This document shows positions 1 to 13,188 of a DNA stretch of 64,000 nt, piece by piece (the first letter of the stretch is position 1; each line of letters starts with the position of its first letter). The position numbers and the translations under genes were made by a program. The stretch is from Eledone cirrhosa. Lineage: Eukaryota. The notes under the pieces were generated by a model, which did no database searches, was not told the origin of the DNA, and saw only the letters and a program-made list of their open reading frames with translations. The stretch spans positions 251,906,001-251,970,000 of the forward strand of contig OZ024741.1 in assembly GCA_964016885.1 (NCBI GenBank), read 5' to 3'.

Positions 1-1435
1 GATTATCTCCTGTTTATCTCGTGATTATCTACTGTTTAGCTCCTGATTATCTCCTGATTATCTCCTGATTACCTCCTGTTTATCTCCTGATTAGCTACTG
101 ATTATCTCCTGTTTATCTCCTGTTTAGCTCCTGATTATCTCCTGTTTATCTCCTGTTTAGCTCCTGATTATCTCCTGATTATCTCCTGTTTATCTCCTGA
201 TTATCTCCTGATTATCTCCTGATTATCTCCTGATTATCTCCTGATTATCTTCTGATTACCTCCTGTTTATCTCCTGTTTATCTCCTGATTAGCTACTGAT
301 TATCTCCTGTTTATCTCCTGTTTAGCTCCTGATTATCTCCTGTTTAGTTTCTGTTTATCTCCTGATTATCTCCTGATTATCTCCTGTTTAGCTCCTGATT
401 ATCGCCTGATTATCTCCTGTTTATCTCCTGATTATCTCCTCTTTATCTCCTGATTATCTCCTGATTATCTCCTGATTACCTCCTGTTTATCTCCTGTTTA
501 TCTCCTGATTAGCTACTGATTATCTCCTGATTATCTCCTGATTATCTCCTGATTATCTTCTGATTACCTCCTGTTTATCTCCTGTTTATCTCCTGATTAG
601 CTACTGATTATCTCCTGTTTATCTCCTGTTTAGCTCCTGATTATCTCCTGTTTAGTTTCTGTTTATCTCCTGATTATCTCCTGTTTAGCTCCTGATTATC
701 GCCTGATTATCTCCTGTTTATCTCCTGATTATCTCCTCTTTATCTCCTGATTATCTCCTGATTATCTCCTGATTACCTCCTGTTTATCTCCTGTTTATCT
801 CCTGATTAGCTACTGATTATCTCCTGTTTATCTCTTGTTTAGCTCCTGATTATCTCCTGTTTAGTTTCTGTTTATCTCCTGATTATCTCCTGATTATCTC
901 CTGTTTAGCTCCTGATTATCGCCTGATTATCTCCTGGCTATCTCCTGATTATCTCCTGTTTATCTCCTGATTATCTCCTGATTATCTCCTGATTATCTCC
1001 TGATTACCTCCTGTTTATCTCCTGTTTATCTCCTGATTGGCTACTGATTATCTCCTGTTTATCTCCTGATTACCTCCTGATTATCTCCTGTTTAGCCTCA
1101 GTTTAGCTCCTGATTATCTCCTGATTATCTCCTGTTTAGCTCCTGATTATCTCCTGATTATCTCCTGTTTAGCTCCTGATTATCGCCTGATTATCTCCTG
1201 ATTATCGCCTGATTATCTCCTGATTATCTCCTGAATATCTCCTGATTATCTCCTGATTATCTCCTGTTTAGCTTCTGTTTATCTCCTGATTATCTCCTGT
1301 TTATCTCCTGATTATCTCCTGATTATCTCATGTCTATCTCCTGTTTAGCTCCTGATTATCTCTTGTTTAGCTCCTGTTTATCTCCTGTTTATCTCCAGTT
1401 CATCTCATGTTTAGCTCCTGTTTAGCTCCTATTTA
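1..1435. repeat. 11-bp tandem satellite (GATTATCTCCT/GTTTATCTCCT), runs off window start
   Basis: Continuous 11-nt period; recurring variants TAGCTACTGA and TTTAGTTTCTG indicate higher-order blocks. Confidence 0.97.
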
Positions 1436-2136
1436 GTGGTGCTTTTCATCCTCCCGGGATCTATAAAATAAGATACCATTCTATGGCAGAGAATTGTCAT
1501 ATATTATTTTCGCTGGCTTTTTTTTTTGTGCTGTGTTTGTAAACAATGATACTGGCCAAGATACATTATTCCTTCTTTTAGACCACATCATCTAAAGGGA
1601 GAGGGGTGCTTATCATTATTACCATTTAATGTCTCAATTTTCTGTAATTATATGTGTCAAACAGGCTCTTATATATTGAGGCTAGACTATTCAGATAGCT
1701 ATATCTTGCTTGAATATTCCACTTTTGGCTTGGTTTCTATGCCTGGATGCCCTTGTTAATGCCAATCACTTTACAGCACATAGTGGGAGCAGTTTAGAGT
1801 GACTCCAATACCATTGCCATAAAGGACAGACTAGATGCTTTTTGTCATGGCACCAGCATTACCACCGTATAAACATGGTTTTGTCTTTGCGTGTAATTGT
1901 TTTTCACCGCTCCAAATAATGACGTATTATCTTCGTTTTTTCCCGTTCTTTGCCAGGGAACGTTTCCACGAACCAAAGTATCATCTTCCTGTCTTCCTCC
2001 GGTTGCAACGTTTTTTGAAATATTTACTTCTGCGTTCACAGATTAACTTTTTTAGTTTCAGAAGATCCCGTTAAGTGTGAAAGCAGCGATTCTTTGCTTA
2101 AACTTTAATCTGTTATTTTAATAAATATATATATAT

Positions 2137-2337
2137 AACAAAGGAAATGTGGTAAGGAACCAGATGGACCATAATGCACCAAAGTACTCAATACTTAGGG
2201 TAGTAGGGTAGTAGAGTGGGTAATAGGAATGAGTAGGACCCCGACGGCTGAGCTCAAGCCGTTTCGACGGCTAATTCTGGACGTCCAGAATTAGCCGTCG
2301 AAATGGCTTGAGCTCAGCCGTCGGGGTCCTACTCATT

Positions 2338-2342
<5 letters not shown>
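2137..2342. mobile_element. Fold-back element family A (Penelope-derived, HHR 3' half), between (TA)n tracts
   Basis: 60-bp arms 2223-2282/2283-2342 (1 mismatch, centre GGAC|GTCC); homologous to 32666-32868, 44731-44937 and to the termini of the PLE at 27696-29521. Confidence 0.85.
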
Positions 2343-2371
<29 letters not shown>

Positions 2372-2549
2372 CATGTGTGTGTGTATGTTTGTGTGTTTAC
2401 TTTCTCTTCTTTTCTCTTTGCATTTAGTATTACATCAACAAAGGTCTTACTGTTCATTGTTTAGATATGCAAATATCCTTACTTAAAGAAAAAAATACAA
2501 GCTCTCCTCCAGCCCATGTCAACATGAAAATATGGATGTAAAACTCACA

Positions 2550-2700
2550 AAGATGATGATGACAATGATGACAATGATGACAATGATGATGATGACAATG
2601 ATGATGATGACAATGATGAGGATGATAATGATGATGATGATGATGATGATGATCATGATCATAATCATGATCATGAGGAGGTGGAGGATAATGATGATTA
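2550..2700. repeat. (GAT)n-rich microsatellite following an RTE/SINE-type tail
   Basis: GAT/GAC triplet run preceded by CCCATGTCAACATGAAAATATGGATGTAAAA. Confidence 0.85.
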
Positions 2701-3048
2701 ACAACTGTAAATGAGAGCTGTCAACTGCTCCAAAAGATGGTTGACAGGAAAGAAAGAAACTTACATTGTGTCAAATGTACTCCAAGAAGTGTGTTATTAG
2801 TTGAAGTAACAACTAAAATACAGCCCAACATCTATACCAGTAATATACTAAAAAGTTCTATAAAAGTAAACATCTGCATGGTTAAGGAGTTTCCTTCCCA
2901 AGCACATGCTTTTGGATTTAGTCCTTCACTATAATCTCAGACTGATCTATATAGAAAGGTCAATGAATGGACCTGTTATTTTTCTCTAAAAGCATTTTTT
3001 CCAATTCCACCCCGCCCGTCCCTTCAATCTTTCTAATTTCTCATTCTT

Positions 3049-3084
3049 TCTTCTGATGAAGGACTAGTATCCGAAACATTAAGG
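3049..3084 (+). ncRNA. Minimal type-I hammerhead motif (degenerate)
   Basis: TCTT-CTGATGA-A-GGACTAGTATCC-GAAAC-ATT-AAGG; same family as 12847-12882, 4288-4317 and the truncated copy near 21550. Confidence 0.65.
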
Positions 3085-3306
3085 TCCTCTTTCAGCTATT
3101 TCAAGCGTTAACCTAATATATTCCTCCTTCCATATACTGTACTGATTGTGTTGTTATTTCTGTTTACCTTTTACATACATATATATATATATAGATAATT
3201 TAATATATCAACTAACATAAGCGCACAGATGCACGCCCATGCCAGCAAATACACAGGTTATGTCATAGTACCTAGGTGGTTCAATGCAGGAGAATGCAGA
3301 ACAATA

Positions 3307-3443
3307 ATATAAAGGACGTAAAATAAGAAAATATTTTTTTAAAAAAATTAAAAAAAAAAAAAAATTTTTTTTTCTTACTAAGTAAGAAAAAAATTTTTTT
3401 TTTTTTTTAATTTTTTTAAAAAAATATTTTCTTATTTTACGTC

Positions 3444-3451
<8 letters not shown>
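3307..3451. repeat. AT-rich palindrome abutting (TA)n
   Basis: ATAAAGGACGTAAAATAAG...CTTAC-TAA-GTAAG...CTTATTTTACGTCCTTTAT. Confidence 0.9.
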
Positions 3452-3507
<56 letters not shown>

Positions 3508-3522
3508 ATATATATATATATA

Positions 3523-3692
3523 CAAGTAAAATTCTGTTATAATGAATACCATTATAACGAATTTTTCATTATAACAACATTTTTTTTCATTCCCCGACCA
3601 CATGTTCGATATGTTAGGTCAACCTCGTTATAAAGAATTTTTCGTTACAACAAATTTTTTTTTATACCCTGTGAATTTTGTTATAATGGAAG
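3523..3692. mobile_element. Degenerate pogo/Tigger-like MITE
   Basis: Repeated GTTATAACGAA-type subterminal motifs and TIR-like ends after TA. Confidence 0.5.
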
Positions 3693-3849
3693 TGAGAGAG
3701 AGTGTGGTAAAGTCATATACAGAAAGGAAAAGAGGAAAATACAGAGAGACAGATAGATATATAGAGAGAGGTATTCTGACTGTTGTAGATTTTAATGATA
3801 TTTTAATGATATTGTATATTGGCGATTTGAAGTTGATTTATATCTCGCA

Positions 3850-3999
3850 AAACTTACATTTTTTTATAACAAACCTAAAACATTCTCAATGGGATGCAGA
3901 TTTAAAAAATGAAAACTGTTTTTCTCCAGGATGGACCATTTCAGAACCTTTGAAAGACATGCGCAGACACACACATACATTCTCATTTATAGTATAGAT
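3850..3999 (-). mobile_element. Helitron-like 5' end fragment
   Basis: Minus strand begins A|TCTATACTATAAATGAGAATGTATGTGTGTGTCTG. Confidence 0.5.
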
Positions 4000-4287
4000 A
4001 TAGAAATTACTTCTTCGAAACTAGAAAAGTCTCATTTGTTTGAAATCATCAGGATATTCACATATAAATGAAGTAGTTCTAATCCTGTAGAATTTCTCTC
4101 TCCTTCTCGCTCATATATCTATATGTATATATATATACAGAGAGAGAGAGAGAGAAAGAGAGATCAAGAATAAATAAGACAAACACAGAGGTATGCGAAA
4201 AGTAAATGGAAAGCAACAAAGAAAACAACACAGTACAATGAAGATATATAATATATTAGTTTAACGCTTGATGCAGTAGGTAAAGAG

Positions 4288-4317
4288 TCTCAATGTTTCG
4301 GGAGCTTCATCAGATGA
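4288..4317 (-). ncRNA. Degenerate minimal hammerhead motif
   Basis: CTGATGA-AGCTCCC-GAAAC-ATT-GAGA plus family tail CAAGCGTTAAACTAATAT. Confidence 0.5.
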
Positions 4318-4842
4318 TGGAATGAGAAATGAAATAAGAAATAGGAAGATAGAGAAGGGTAAAAAAAGGCAGAAACTGGAAAAACTTTTTTATATAAATA
4401 TATGTATGTATGTGGGAATGTTTGTGGTGTGCATGTGTGTGTGTGTATACATATGAGAGTATGTGTGTGTACATGTGTGTGTGTGTATGTTTATTATTTG
4501 TTTATGTCTCATAACTTAGTGGTTTGACAAACAGAAGCTGATAAAATATGTGCTAGATTTTAAAAAAAAAATGATTGGAACTAATATAAAAACCAAAAGA
4601 CCATAAGCCTGCTGTAAGATCCCACTAAAAGAAGATGTTTTCAGGGGTCTGAAGAATTCCCAAACTGCATACCAGTAATATGCTAGGTTCAGAGAAGATC
4701 AAAAAATATATAACCTGCTATAAACCTGCTTGCTATGTTATAGCAAGAGAATCAATACATGTTGGCCTCTCAATGGCATGTGTCTATGACTATCATCATC
4801 CAAATGTATTCACACCCATGTACAGTCACATGTTAAAGTATC

Positions 4843-6205
4843 CACTACCAACACCACCACCAACACCAACACCACCACCGACACCATCTTCACCACCACC
4901 ACCACCACCACCACCACCACCAACTCCACCACCAACACCATCATCACCACCATCTTCACCACCACCACCACCACCACCACCACCACCACCAACTCCACCA
5001 CCAACACCATCATCACCACCATCACAATCATTGCTGCCACCACTACAGCCAACACCACCATCACCACTTCCACCACCATCACTAGCACCACCAACACTAC
5101 CACCACCACCACCACCACCACCACCACCACCAACACCAACACCACCACCAACACCATCATCACCACCATCACAATCATTGCTGCCACCACTACAGCCAAC
5201 ACCACCATCACCGCTTCCACCACCATCACTACCACCACCAACACTACCACCACCAACACCATCATCACCATCATTGCTGCCGCCACCACCACCACTACTA
5301 CCACTACTACTACCAACACCAATACCATCACCATCACCACCACCACAGCCATCAAGCCATCACCATCACCACCACAACTACCACCACCTTCACTACCACC
5401 ACCACCACCACCACAACACTCACCACTACCCCCACTATCACCACTGCCACCACTACAGCTAACACCACCATCATCACCACAACCAACACCACTACCACCA
5501 CCATCACCACTTCCACCACTACAGCCAACACCACCATCATCACCATCATCACTGCCACTACTACTACCATCACCATCACCACTACTACTACCATCACCAT
5601 CACCATCACCACTACTACTACCATCACCAACACCATCACCATCATCACTGTAACTACCATCACCACCACCTCCACAACCACCACCACCTCCACAACCAAC
5701 ACCATCACCATCATCACTGTCACCACCACCACCACTACTACCACTACCATCACCATCACCAACACCATCACCATCATCACTGTAACTACCATCACCACCA
5801 CCACCATTGCAGCCACTACAACCACCATCACCACTGCCACCACTACAGCCAACACCACCATCATCACCATCATCACTGCCACCACTACTACCACTACTAC
5901 TACCACTACCATCACCAACACCATCACCATCATCACTGTAACTACCATCACCACCACCACCATTGCAGCCACTACAGCCACCATCATCACTGCCAACACC
6001 ACTACCACCACCACTGCAGCCACTACAACCACCATCATCACTGCCACCACCACTACCACCACCACCACCACTACCACAGCCACGATAACCGAAGATGACC
6101 ACCACCATTACAAACACTACCAAGAACAACAACACTACTGCCACAGCCACTGCCATCATCCCCACCAACATCACAACTACCATCATCACCAGCATCCCCA
6201 CCAAA
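4843..6205. repeat. (CCA/CAT/CTA)n low-complexity trinucleotide tract with internal duplications
   Basis: Triplet periodicity; duplicated blocks such as TCACAATCATTGCTGCCACCACTACAGCC. Confidence 0.95.
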
Positions 6206-6207
6206 CT

Positions 6208-6402
6208 ATTTCTCTCTCTCTCTCTCTCTCTCTCCTTTCTTTTTGCCATCTTTCTCTCTTTCTATATCCCTCATTGTCTCTCTTCCTCTACACCCCTCTC
6301 TCTCTCTCTCTCTATCTTTCTCTGTCTCTTTCTCCCCCTCTCTGACTATCTGCCCTCTCCTTTCTTTCTTTCTCTCTGTCTCTTTATTCCCCCTCCCCCC
6401 AC

Positions 6403-6465
<63 letters not shown>

Positions 6466-6560
6466 CTCTCTGTCTCTGACTATCTGCCCTCTCTCTCTTT
6501 CTTTCTCTCTGTCTCTTTCTTTCCCCTCTTCTCTCTCTCTCTCTTCTCTCTCTCTCTCAA
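6208..6560. repeat. (CT)n pyrimidine tract
   Basis: Direct observation. Confidence 0.95.
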
Positions 6561-6937
6561 ACACACAGACAGACAGCTTTAAGTTTAATGCTAGAATTAG
6601 TTCTATTTCTATTTTCTTCTATTTTGCATGTTTGTATGCTTTTTTTTTATTTTTCAGTTTTATTCTTATTTTCATATTTTGGTTATTAATTTTTTTGCCA
6701 ATTCATTACATTATCCTCGTTATATCTGATGGAAGCTAACGATCTCATGGTTTATTTTTCTACCTTTAACACTGACACACACACATACACCCACACACAC
6801 ACACACACCTACACACACACCTACTCACACACACACCCAAACACACTCATACACATACACACCCATACACACACACACACACATTCATACATAAATATAG
6901 ACACTGAGGTGAAAACAAAATTGGTGGTTATTTTTAA

Positions 6938-7822
6938 TCACTACCACCACACCCACCACTATCACCACCATCACCACCACCACTATCACCACCATCACCA
7001 CCACCACCACCACTATCATCATCACCACCACCACCACCACCACCACCACTATCATCATCATCACCACCACCACCACTATCATCACCACCACCACCACCAC
7101 CACTATCACCACCATCACCACCACCACCACCACCACCACCATCATCATCACTAGCACCATCATCACCACAACTGTCATCATCATCACTACCACCACCACC
7201 ACCATCACCACCATCACCACCATCACCCTCATCATCATTACAACCATCATCATCATCATCATTACAACCATCATCATCATCATCAACACTACCGCCATCA
7301 TCTCCATCATCACCACTACCATCATCATCACCTTCACAACCATCATCATCATTAATAGCACTACCACCATCATCAACGATATCATCACTATCATCATCAA
7401 CATCATCATCACCACCATAATCACCACCATCACCATCATCATCATCACCATACCACCACCACCTCAGCCTCAACAATCACCACCACCACCACCACCACCA
7501 CCATTACCATCACCATTGCCATCATCATCATCATCACCATCAGCACCACCACCTTAACCACCACCACCACCACCATCATAATCACCACTATCACCACTAC
7601 CACCATCATCACCACCATTACCGTCACCATCATCATCATCACCACCAGCACCACCATCATCATTGCCACTAGCACCACAACCACCACCATCGCCACTACC
7701 ACCACAACCACCATCATTGCCACTACCACCACAACCACCACCACCATCACCATCATCATCATCATCATCATCACCATCACCATCATCACCATCACTATAA
7801 CCAACACCACTTCCACCACCCT
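6938..7822. repeat. (CAC/CAT)n trinucleotide tract
   Basis: Direct observation. Confidence 0.95.
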
Positions 7823-8069
7823 GAGTGTAACATCTGCTATTTTCCAGCTCAACCAAATCAACAGATATTTTACAAACCACTCAAGCCTGCTAGAATAGAA
7901 ACAAAATCCACAGCATATTACACTATACTCTCTTGGAAAGGAAGGACACATTGAGTAATATATATAATATGTATAAGTGCCTGAAGAAAGGTCACTAATT
8001 TGATGTCTTTTATTTTGGAGGTATGGTCAAGTTTGGGCCTTGAAACCTTGGGCAATGCCTTTGTTCTCT

Positions 8070-8340
8070 GTCATCATCATCATCATCATCATCACCGGTT
8101 TACGTCAATGTTTCCATGCTAGCATGGGTTAGGCAGGTTGTCCGGTTGTGGGCAATGCCAGGTCTTGTGACCATGACTTGCTCATACAGGACTGATTATG
8201 GCTCGGTTTCTACAGCTAGATGCCCTTCCTAACACCAACCTCATGCTGGATGCTTTTTTACCATGGTGCCTACACGACCACTTTACAGTGTGGACTGGGT
8301 GCTTTTTTTTGTGACACCTCCATGACTACTTTACAGTGGG
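8070..8340 (-). mobile_element. SINE/RTE 3' part with Meta-like box and (GAT)n tail
   Basis: TTTCTACAGCTAGATGCCCTTCCTAACACC; TTCCATGCTAGCATGGGTT; (CAT)n. Confidence 0.8.
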
Positions 8341-8830
8341 AGGGCATGGGGGCATATTGTCTATATGCTTCACCTTCGGCTTGTACCCGTGGGATAAATA
8401 ATATAATATATATATATATTTATAATTAATTTGAGTGTGTGTTGATTAATCACTGACACTATGAATAAACAAAGTTAATTTCAACCTGTTGTCTTATACT
8501 TGTTGTTTATATATATTTACATTAAGACTCAAATTTTAGCCTTAATATAAATGAATATTAAAACTCTACTTCGGTATTGAGTACCATCAACCACATGCAG
8601 ATATATCGACAGTCGATCGACTTTCATCAATACAGGCAGAGGAAACAATGTTTCCATTGGTCTTTCCAATTGCTACTACTATCTATCAGTCGCAACTCCA
8701 GGTAGAAGGAGCAACGTGAAATAAAGTATCTTGCTCAAGCACATAATGCACCACCCAATCCAGGAATCGAACTCACAACTTCACAGATATATATACAGAT
8801 ATATATATACATATATATATGCGTGTGTGT

Positions 8831-9073
8831 GTTGAACAATGAGAACAAATAAAACAAGGTGCAGTACTTAATTAATCCATTGTTTTATGATTATTTCAAA
8901 GACCAAAATAAACGAAGATTTTATTGATATATTGGCTAATCTATAGCAGTTATGCAACTCCATATTATTAGCAAAATACATCTGTTGAAACCGGCAAAAT
9001 ACATCTGTTGAAACGATCGTAAAACAATTCATTAATTAAGTACTAAACCTTCTCTTTGTTTTCATTGTTCAAC
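8831..9073. mobile_element. Fold-back element with HHR 3' half
   Basis: Imperfect arms ~8831-8900/9003-9073; GAAAC-GATC-GTA at ~9010. Confidence 0.65.
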
Positions 9074-9126
9074 TCTATATATATGACCCTGTAGTTTTGA
9101 ATACTCAATAACATGCAATAAGTGAA

Positions 9127-9520
9127 GGCATATGACTTAGTGGTTAGAGCATTGGGCTTGCAATCGAAAGGTTGTGAGTTCAATACTCAGACCGGGTGAT
9201 GTGTTGTTTCCTTGAGCAAGACACTTTATTTCACATTGCTCCAGTTTACTCAGCTGTAGAAAAGAGATGATAGGACTAGGGTCCCTATCATGCCACTGCA
9301 AAGTGGACATGTAAGCGCCATGGAAAAAAAGCACCCAGCACTCACTGTAAAGGAGGTTGTTGTTAGGAAGGGCATCCAGCTGTAGAAATCAAGCCAGAAT
9401 CAGTTCCTGTATGAGCAAGACAAGATCAGCCGACCGGACACTGCCCACAACAGGACAACCCGTCTAACCCAAGCTAGCGTGGAAGAATGGACGTAAAACG
9501 GTGATGATGATGATGATGAT
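9127..9520 (+). mobile_element. tRNA-derived SINE family 1 (tRNA head, CORE-like box, Meta-like box, RTE tail)
   Basis: A box TAGTGGTTAGAGC, B box GAGTTCAAT, CCTTGAGCAAGACACTT, AGGAAGGGCATCCAGCTGTAGAAA, (GAT)n tail. Confidence 0.9.
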
Positions 9521-9637
9521 ATCACTTTTCCATAAAATAAATTTTGCTTTGCTTCAATAGGATATGCATATCTACTCTACACTGAGTTCTAAGCAAGTTG
9601 TAATTTCTACTGTAATTCAGAAGAATATACACACACA

Positions 9638-9950
9638 TCATCATCATCATCATCATCATAATTATCACTGTTTATCATCCATTTTCCCATGCTAGCATGG
9701 GTTAGATGTGTTGTCCTGTTATGAGATAAACCAGATCAGATGACCAGTGCTTATCCCAGTTTCCATGGCGTTAAGTAACTGAGAGTACAAGACACCCCGT
9801 TACTACTGATACTCATTTTCAGCTGAGTATGCTGGGGCAATGTGAAATGAAGTGTTTTGCTCAAAAACACAATGCACAAAAATGTCCAGGAATTGAACCC
9901 ATGATGTTATGATCCTAAGACCAACATACTTACCACTGGACCACGCACGA
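9638..9950 (-). mobile_element. Related tRNA-SINE, diverged
   Basis: (CAT)n, CCATGCTAGCATGGGTT, GCAATGTGAAATGAAGTGTTTTGCTCAA, AATTGAACCC. Confidence 0.7.
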
Positions 9951-10027
9951 CAACTAACTTGACACTAGCATTTCTCTATTTCATAATATCATCATCATCA
10001 TCAGAGAGATCAATTATATATTATAAT

Positions 10028-10420
10028 CAAAGATCACATGGAAAAATGTCTTCTAATTGATGTATCTATCTGCACAGATGACAATATATCCATCAAGGAA
10101 ATTGAGTAATTATCCAAATATAAAGAACTGGAGATAGAAATAACCTGAATATGGATGAAGAAAACAGAAACAATCGCGATAATAATAGGTGCTCTGGGAA
10201 TGATAAAAAACACAGAAAGATAAAATAACCTCAAACCCCAGGACTTACAAATATATACAGTACACTGAAAATTGTACTACTAGGTACAGCACACATATTA
10301 TGAAGAGTATTCTCAATACAATAGAAATAACAACACCAAAAACAACACTGCACATAGCCAAGACACATAGAGCTGTGCTCAGTAATGCAGTGTCAACACA
10401 CAATAGAAATATGACTAATG
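10028..10420 (+). mobile_element. R4/Dong-like non-LTR retrotransposon 3' fragment (REL endonuclease), decayed
   Basis: Translates KCLLIDVSI..DDNISIKEIE*LSKYKELEIEI..IW..KTETIAIIIGALG...KIVLLGTAHIL; followed by TAATAAT. Confidence 0.8.
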
Positions 10421-10600
10421 TTAATAATTGTTTCTACTTTTGGCACAAGGCCAGCAATTACCCCAGTGCATTACTGGTACTTTATTTTATCGACCCCGTA
10501 AGGATGAAAGGCAAAGTTAACCTCAGTGGGATTTGACTGATGTTAATAATAATTGTTTCTACTTTTGGCACAAGGCCAGCAATTACCCAGTACATTACTG
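10420..10600 (-). mobile_element. Two truncated SINE family 2 copies
   Basis: TACTGGTACTTTATTTTATCGACCCCGTAAGGATGAAAGGCAAAG; TSD-like TGACTRATGTTAATAAT at 10412 and 10534. Confidence 0.85.
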
Positions 10601-11179
10601 AATGATTTCTCATATTGCCCTTAAGGGCCTAAGACATTGGTGACAATACAAGGACTAAAACAAAACAAGGACAAAAACAACACAGGGTGAGGTTTAAATC
10701 AAGTAAAAGAAAGAGGACATCACTGAAGATAAAACAACATCACTGATGAGAACACAATAGGAATTTTAACTATGTGATATTTTAACTATAAAGTCTTAGT
10801 AACTATGATTCAGTTATTAAATAAAGAATTGAGTACTTAACAATTTTCTGTAGATTAAATCACTTATATGTATATGCTAAAATATATAAATACAAATTCT
10901 AAATATAAAATCTTCATAACAATATTTCATTTATTAAACAAAGAAGTAAGTACTTCTGTAGTTTAAACTATATTTATAGGCTAAAATTACATAAATATGT
11001 TTCTAAATACATTTTTTAAAACTTTATGCACAATGTGTACTAAAATAATTTTATTTACTCTAAAGTGCACTATAAATGAAAGAAAAAAGTATATACTTGG
11101 AAGACAATGGTATAGAGAAATGTTTTTGTGGAGGAGAAAAGAATTCAGTTAAATTTGTGGGAGTCATTTAGTACAGACA

Positions 11180-11335
11180 GAGGTGTGTGGTTAAGGAGCT
11201 TGCTTAACAACTATATGATTTCAAGATCAATCCCACATTGTGGCACATTAGGTAAATGTCTTCTACCAGTGCTTTGGGTTGATTAAAGTCTTCTGAGCAA
11301 AAGTTGGTTGACAGAAACTATGTGGAAGCCCATCA
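11180..11335 (+). mobile_element. tRNA-SINE family 3, diverged
   Basis: GTGTGGTTAAGGAGCTTGCT...TCAATCCCAC..TGGCAC..AATGTCTTCTAC...GACAGAAACT..GAAGCCC; fragments also near 2875, 11955, 17450. Confidence 0.65.
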
Positions 11336-11419
11336 GAGAGACTGCTATTTATGTTCAAGGACAGTAGACGTAGTCATCCATTTTAACAGCACTACCCGAC
11401 CTTTGAGTGAATGACTTAA

Positions 11420-11639
11420 CCCTTTAATGTTCAAACTGGCCAAAACTGACCAGAATTCTCTACTTCTTTCTGTTGAAACTGGCTGTAACTGGTCACTCAA
11501 ACTGATGTTAAGGTATTGTTCTCAAAATAAATACTTTCAAAATCTCATAGATTCGATATTATGTGAGATAATTATGCGAGGTAAAGCCTTTAGCATGAAA
11601 ATATAATAGTATATATAGAGTAATGTGAATGCTAAAGGG
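11420..11639. mobile_element. piggyBac-type MITE
   Basis: TTAA|CCCTTTAATGTTCA ... TGAATGCTAAAGGG|TTAA (TTAA TSD, 11/14 TIR). Confidence 0.8.
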
Positions 11640-12846
11640 TTAATCTGTTAACTGATTAAATAGTACCAACAAATGTTTAGGTGGTTTCAGTGAAGTCCAC
11701 TGTGTTGCAAAAATGTTGGCCAGGTCTCAGTCTGAGGGTGGGAGTGGGGGGGTGAAACCTTTTGAAGCAAAGTTCTACGGTCAGGTGTCTTTCCAGATGT
11801 CAACCCTCACTTAATTATTTTGAATATGGTATGAATCTTTGCATATCTAATTTCTGAACAGTTGACAGATTAAGTTATCCACTTAAAGGTCAATAAGTGC
11901 TGTTAAACTGGGCGACTGAGTCTACTGCATAAGAACATAAAAAAAACAATCTCTCTGATGGGCTTCTACATAGTTTCTATCGACCAGATTTGGCTACACT
12001 GTTTATGCCAAAATGTAAAACAACTATCACTACTTGTGATGAGAGAGAATGCAAAGAGATGAAGCTAAGATAAACAAACATATTGACATACACACATGTA
12101 TATTTACATATATATATATATATATACACCTTAACCTATTTAATACTAAATCACCTTGTACCACCCCAGTTTCTATAATACAAAACTGTTTATTATAAAG
12201 TGTTTATATTAATATTGGGCACACTGCCACCTGCCAGCCACATGCAGCCTGTTTGAATTTCTGAATGACATGCCTAATTTCACAATTGCCTTGAAGTTTT
12301 TAATAGTGTAGTCTACATTGTGATGAACCACATTCTACATTATTTATATTTATCTAAAATGCTTCCATCATAATTTTATACAAGAACCTTTGAAAAAATA
12401 TGTTCTAAACACCAACTTAATGAGAAAATTTGTTATACTGCTAAATCCCTCCAAATTCTTGATTGCTTTCAAAATTGTTTTAAAATTATAGATAATGTCT
12501 TTCATTAGAAATATAGTGATGGTTTAATTAAAGACACTCAGTAGTGCAACAACAATGCAATAGTGATTTTTTTGTTTTTTCTTATTTGGTCATAAGCAGC
12601 ACATATAGCTATGTAAAATATGCTTCTGTCAAATCACTTCCATCAAATACACTTCCATAAAATATCAGACAAAGTCATATTAAAAATATCGTACCTGAGA
12701 AGCTGAGGAATCGAGGCTCAAGTTTTGAAAAACACACACACACATATATAAATATATATGTAAAAAGTATACAGAACTAACAAAGCAAATGGCCCAGTAC
12801 ATTGAAGAAATATATTAGTTTAATGCTTGAAATAGCAGGAAACGAG

Positions 12847-12882
12847 TCTTAACATTTCGGACACTAGTCCTTCATCAGAAGA
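12847..12882 (-). ncRNA. Minimal type-I hammerhead motif
   Basis: TCTT-CTGATGA-A-GGAC(TAGT)GTCC-GAAAT-GTT-AAGA; stems I and II perfectly paired. Confidence 0.75.
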
Positions 12883-13188
12883 TAGAGTTTAAAATAAAAG
12901 ATAAAATAGAAAGATAGAGTGAGATGAGAAAAAAAAGGGGAAAAAAACACATGTGCGTATTCAGTCAGTATATATATATATATATATAAGGGATAACAAA
13001 ATATCGTTATAGGTAATCCAGTTAGAGGTTGTGAATACTTCTTATCATGGATAGTTTTAGCGTACGGCGCTGTTTGACAGCAATTTTTAGACAACTTTAT
13101 CAGTGAAACAATTGTCAGACTGTAAATAAATCCCTTTTTTAGTACTGTTGACCCTGTTATTCTTCATTTTTTCAATTTTATATATATA

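Noticed and set aside
1-1435. Telomeric or coding repeat
   Set aside because: 11-bp unit is not TTAGGG-like, is not a multiple of 3, and has frequent stops
4680-7951. Pro/His/Gly/Val-rich long ORFs (extensin, formin or mucin-like)
   Set aside because: Open in several frames on both strands because of CAC/CAT triplet repeats; no domain or splice evidence
7976-8056. Hammerhead CTGAAGA...GAAAC with long stem II
   Set aside because: Stem II pairs but stem III and the cleavage triplet are not interpretable; too degenerate to call
9127-9200. tRNA gene
   Set aside because: Multi-copy SINE head continuing into SINE body; no proper acceptor stem or terminator
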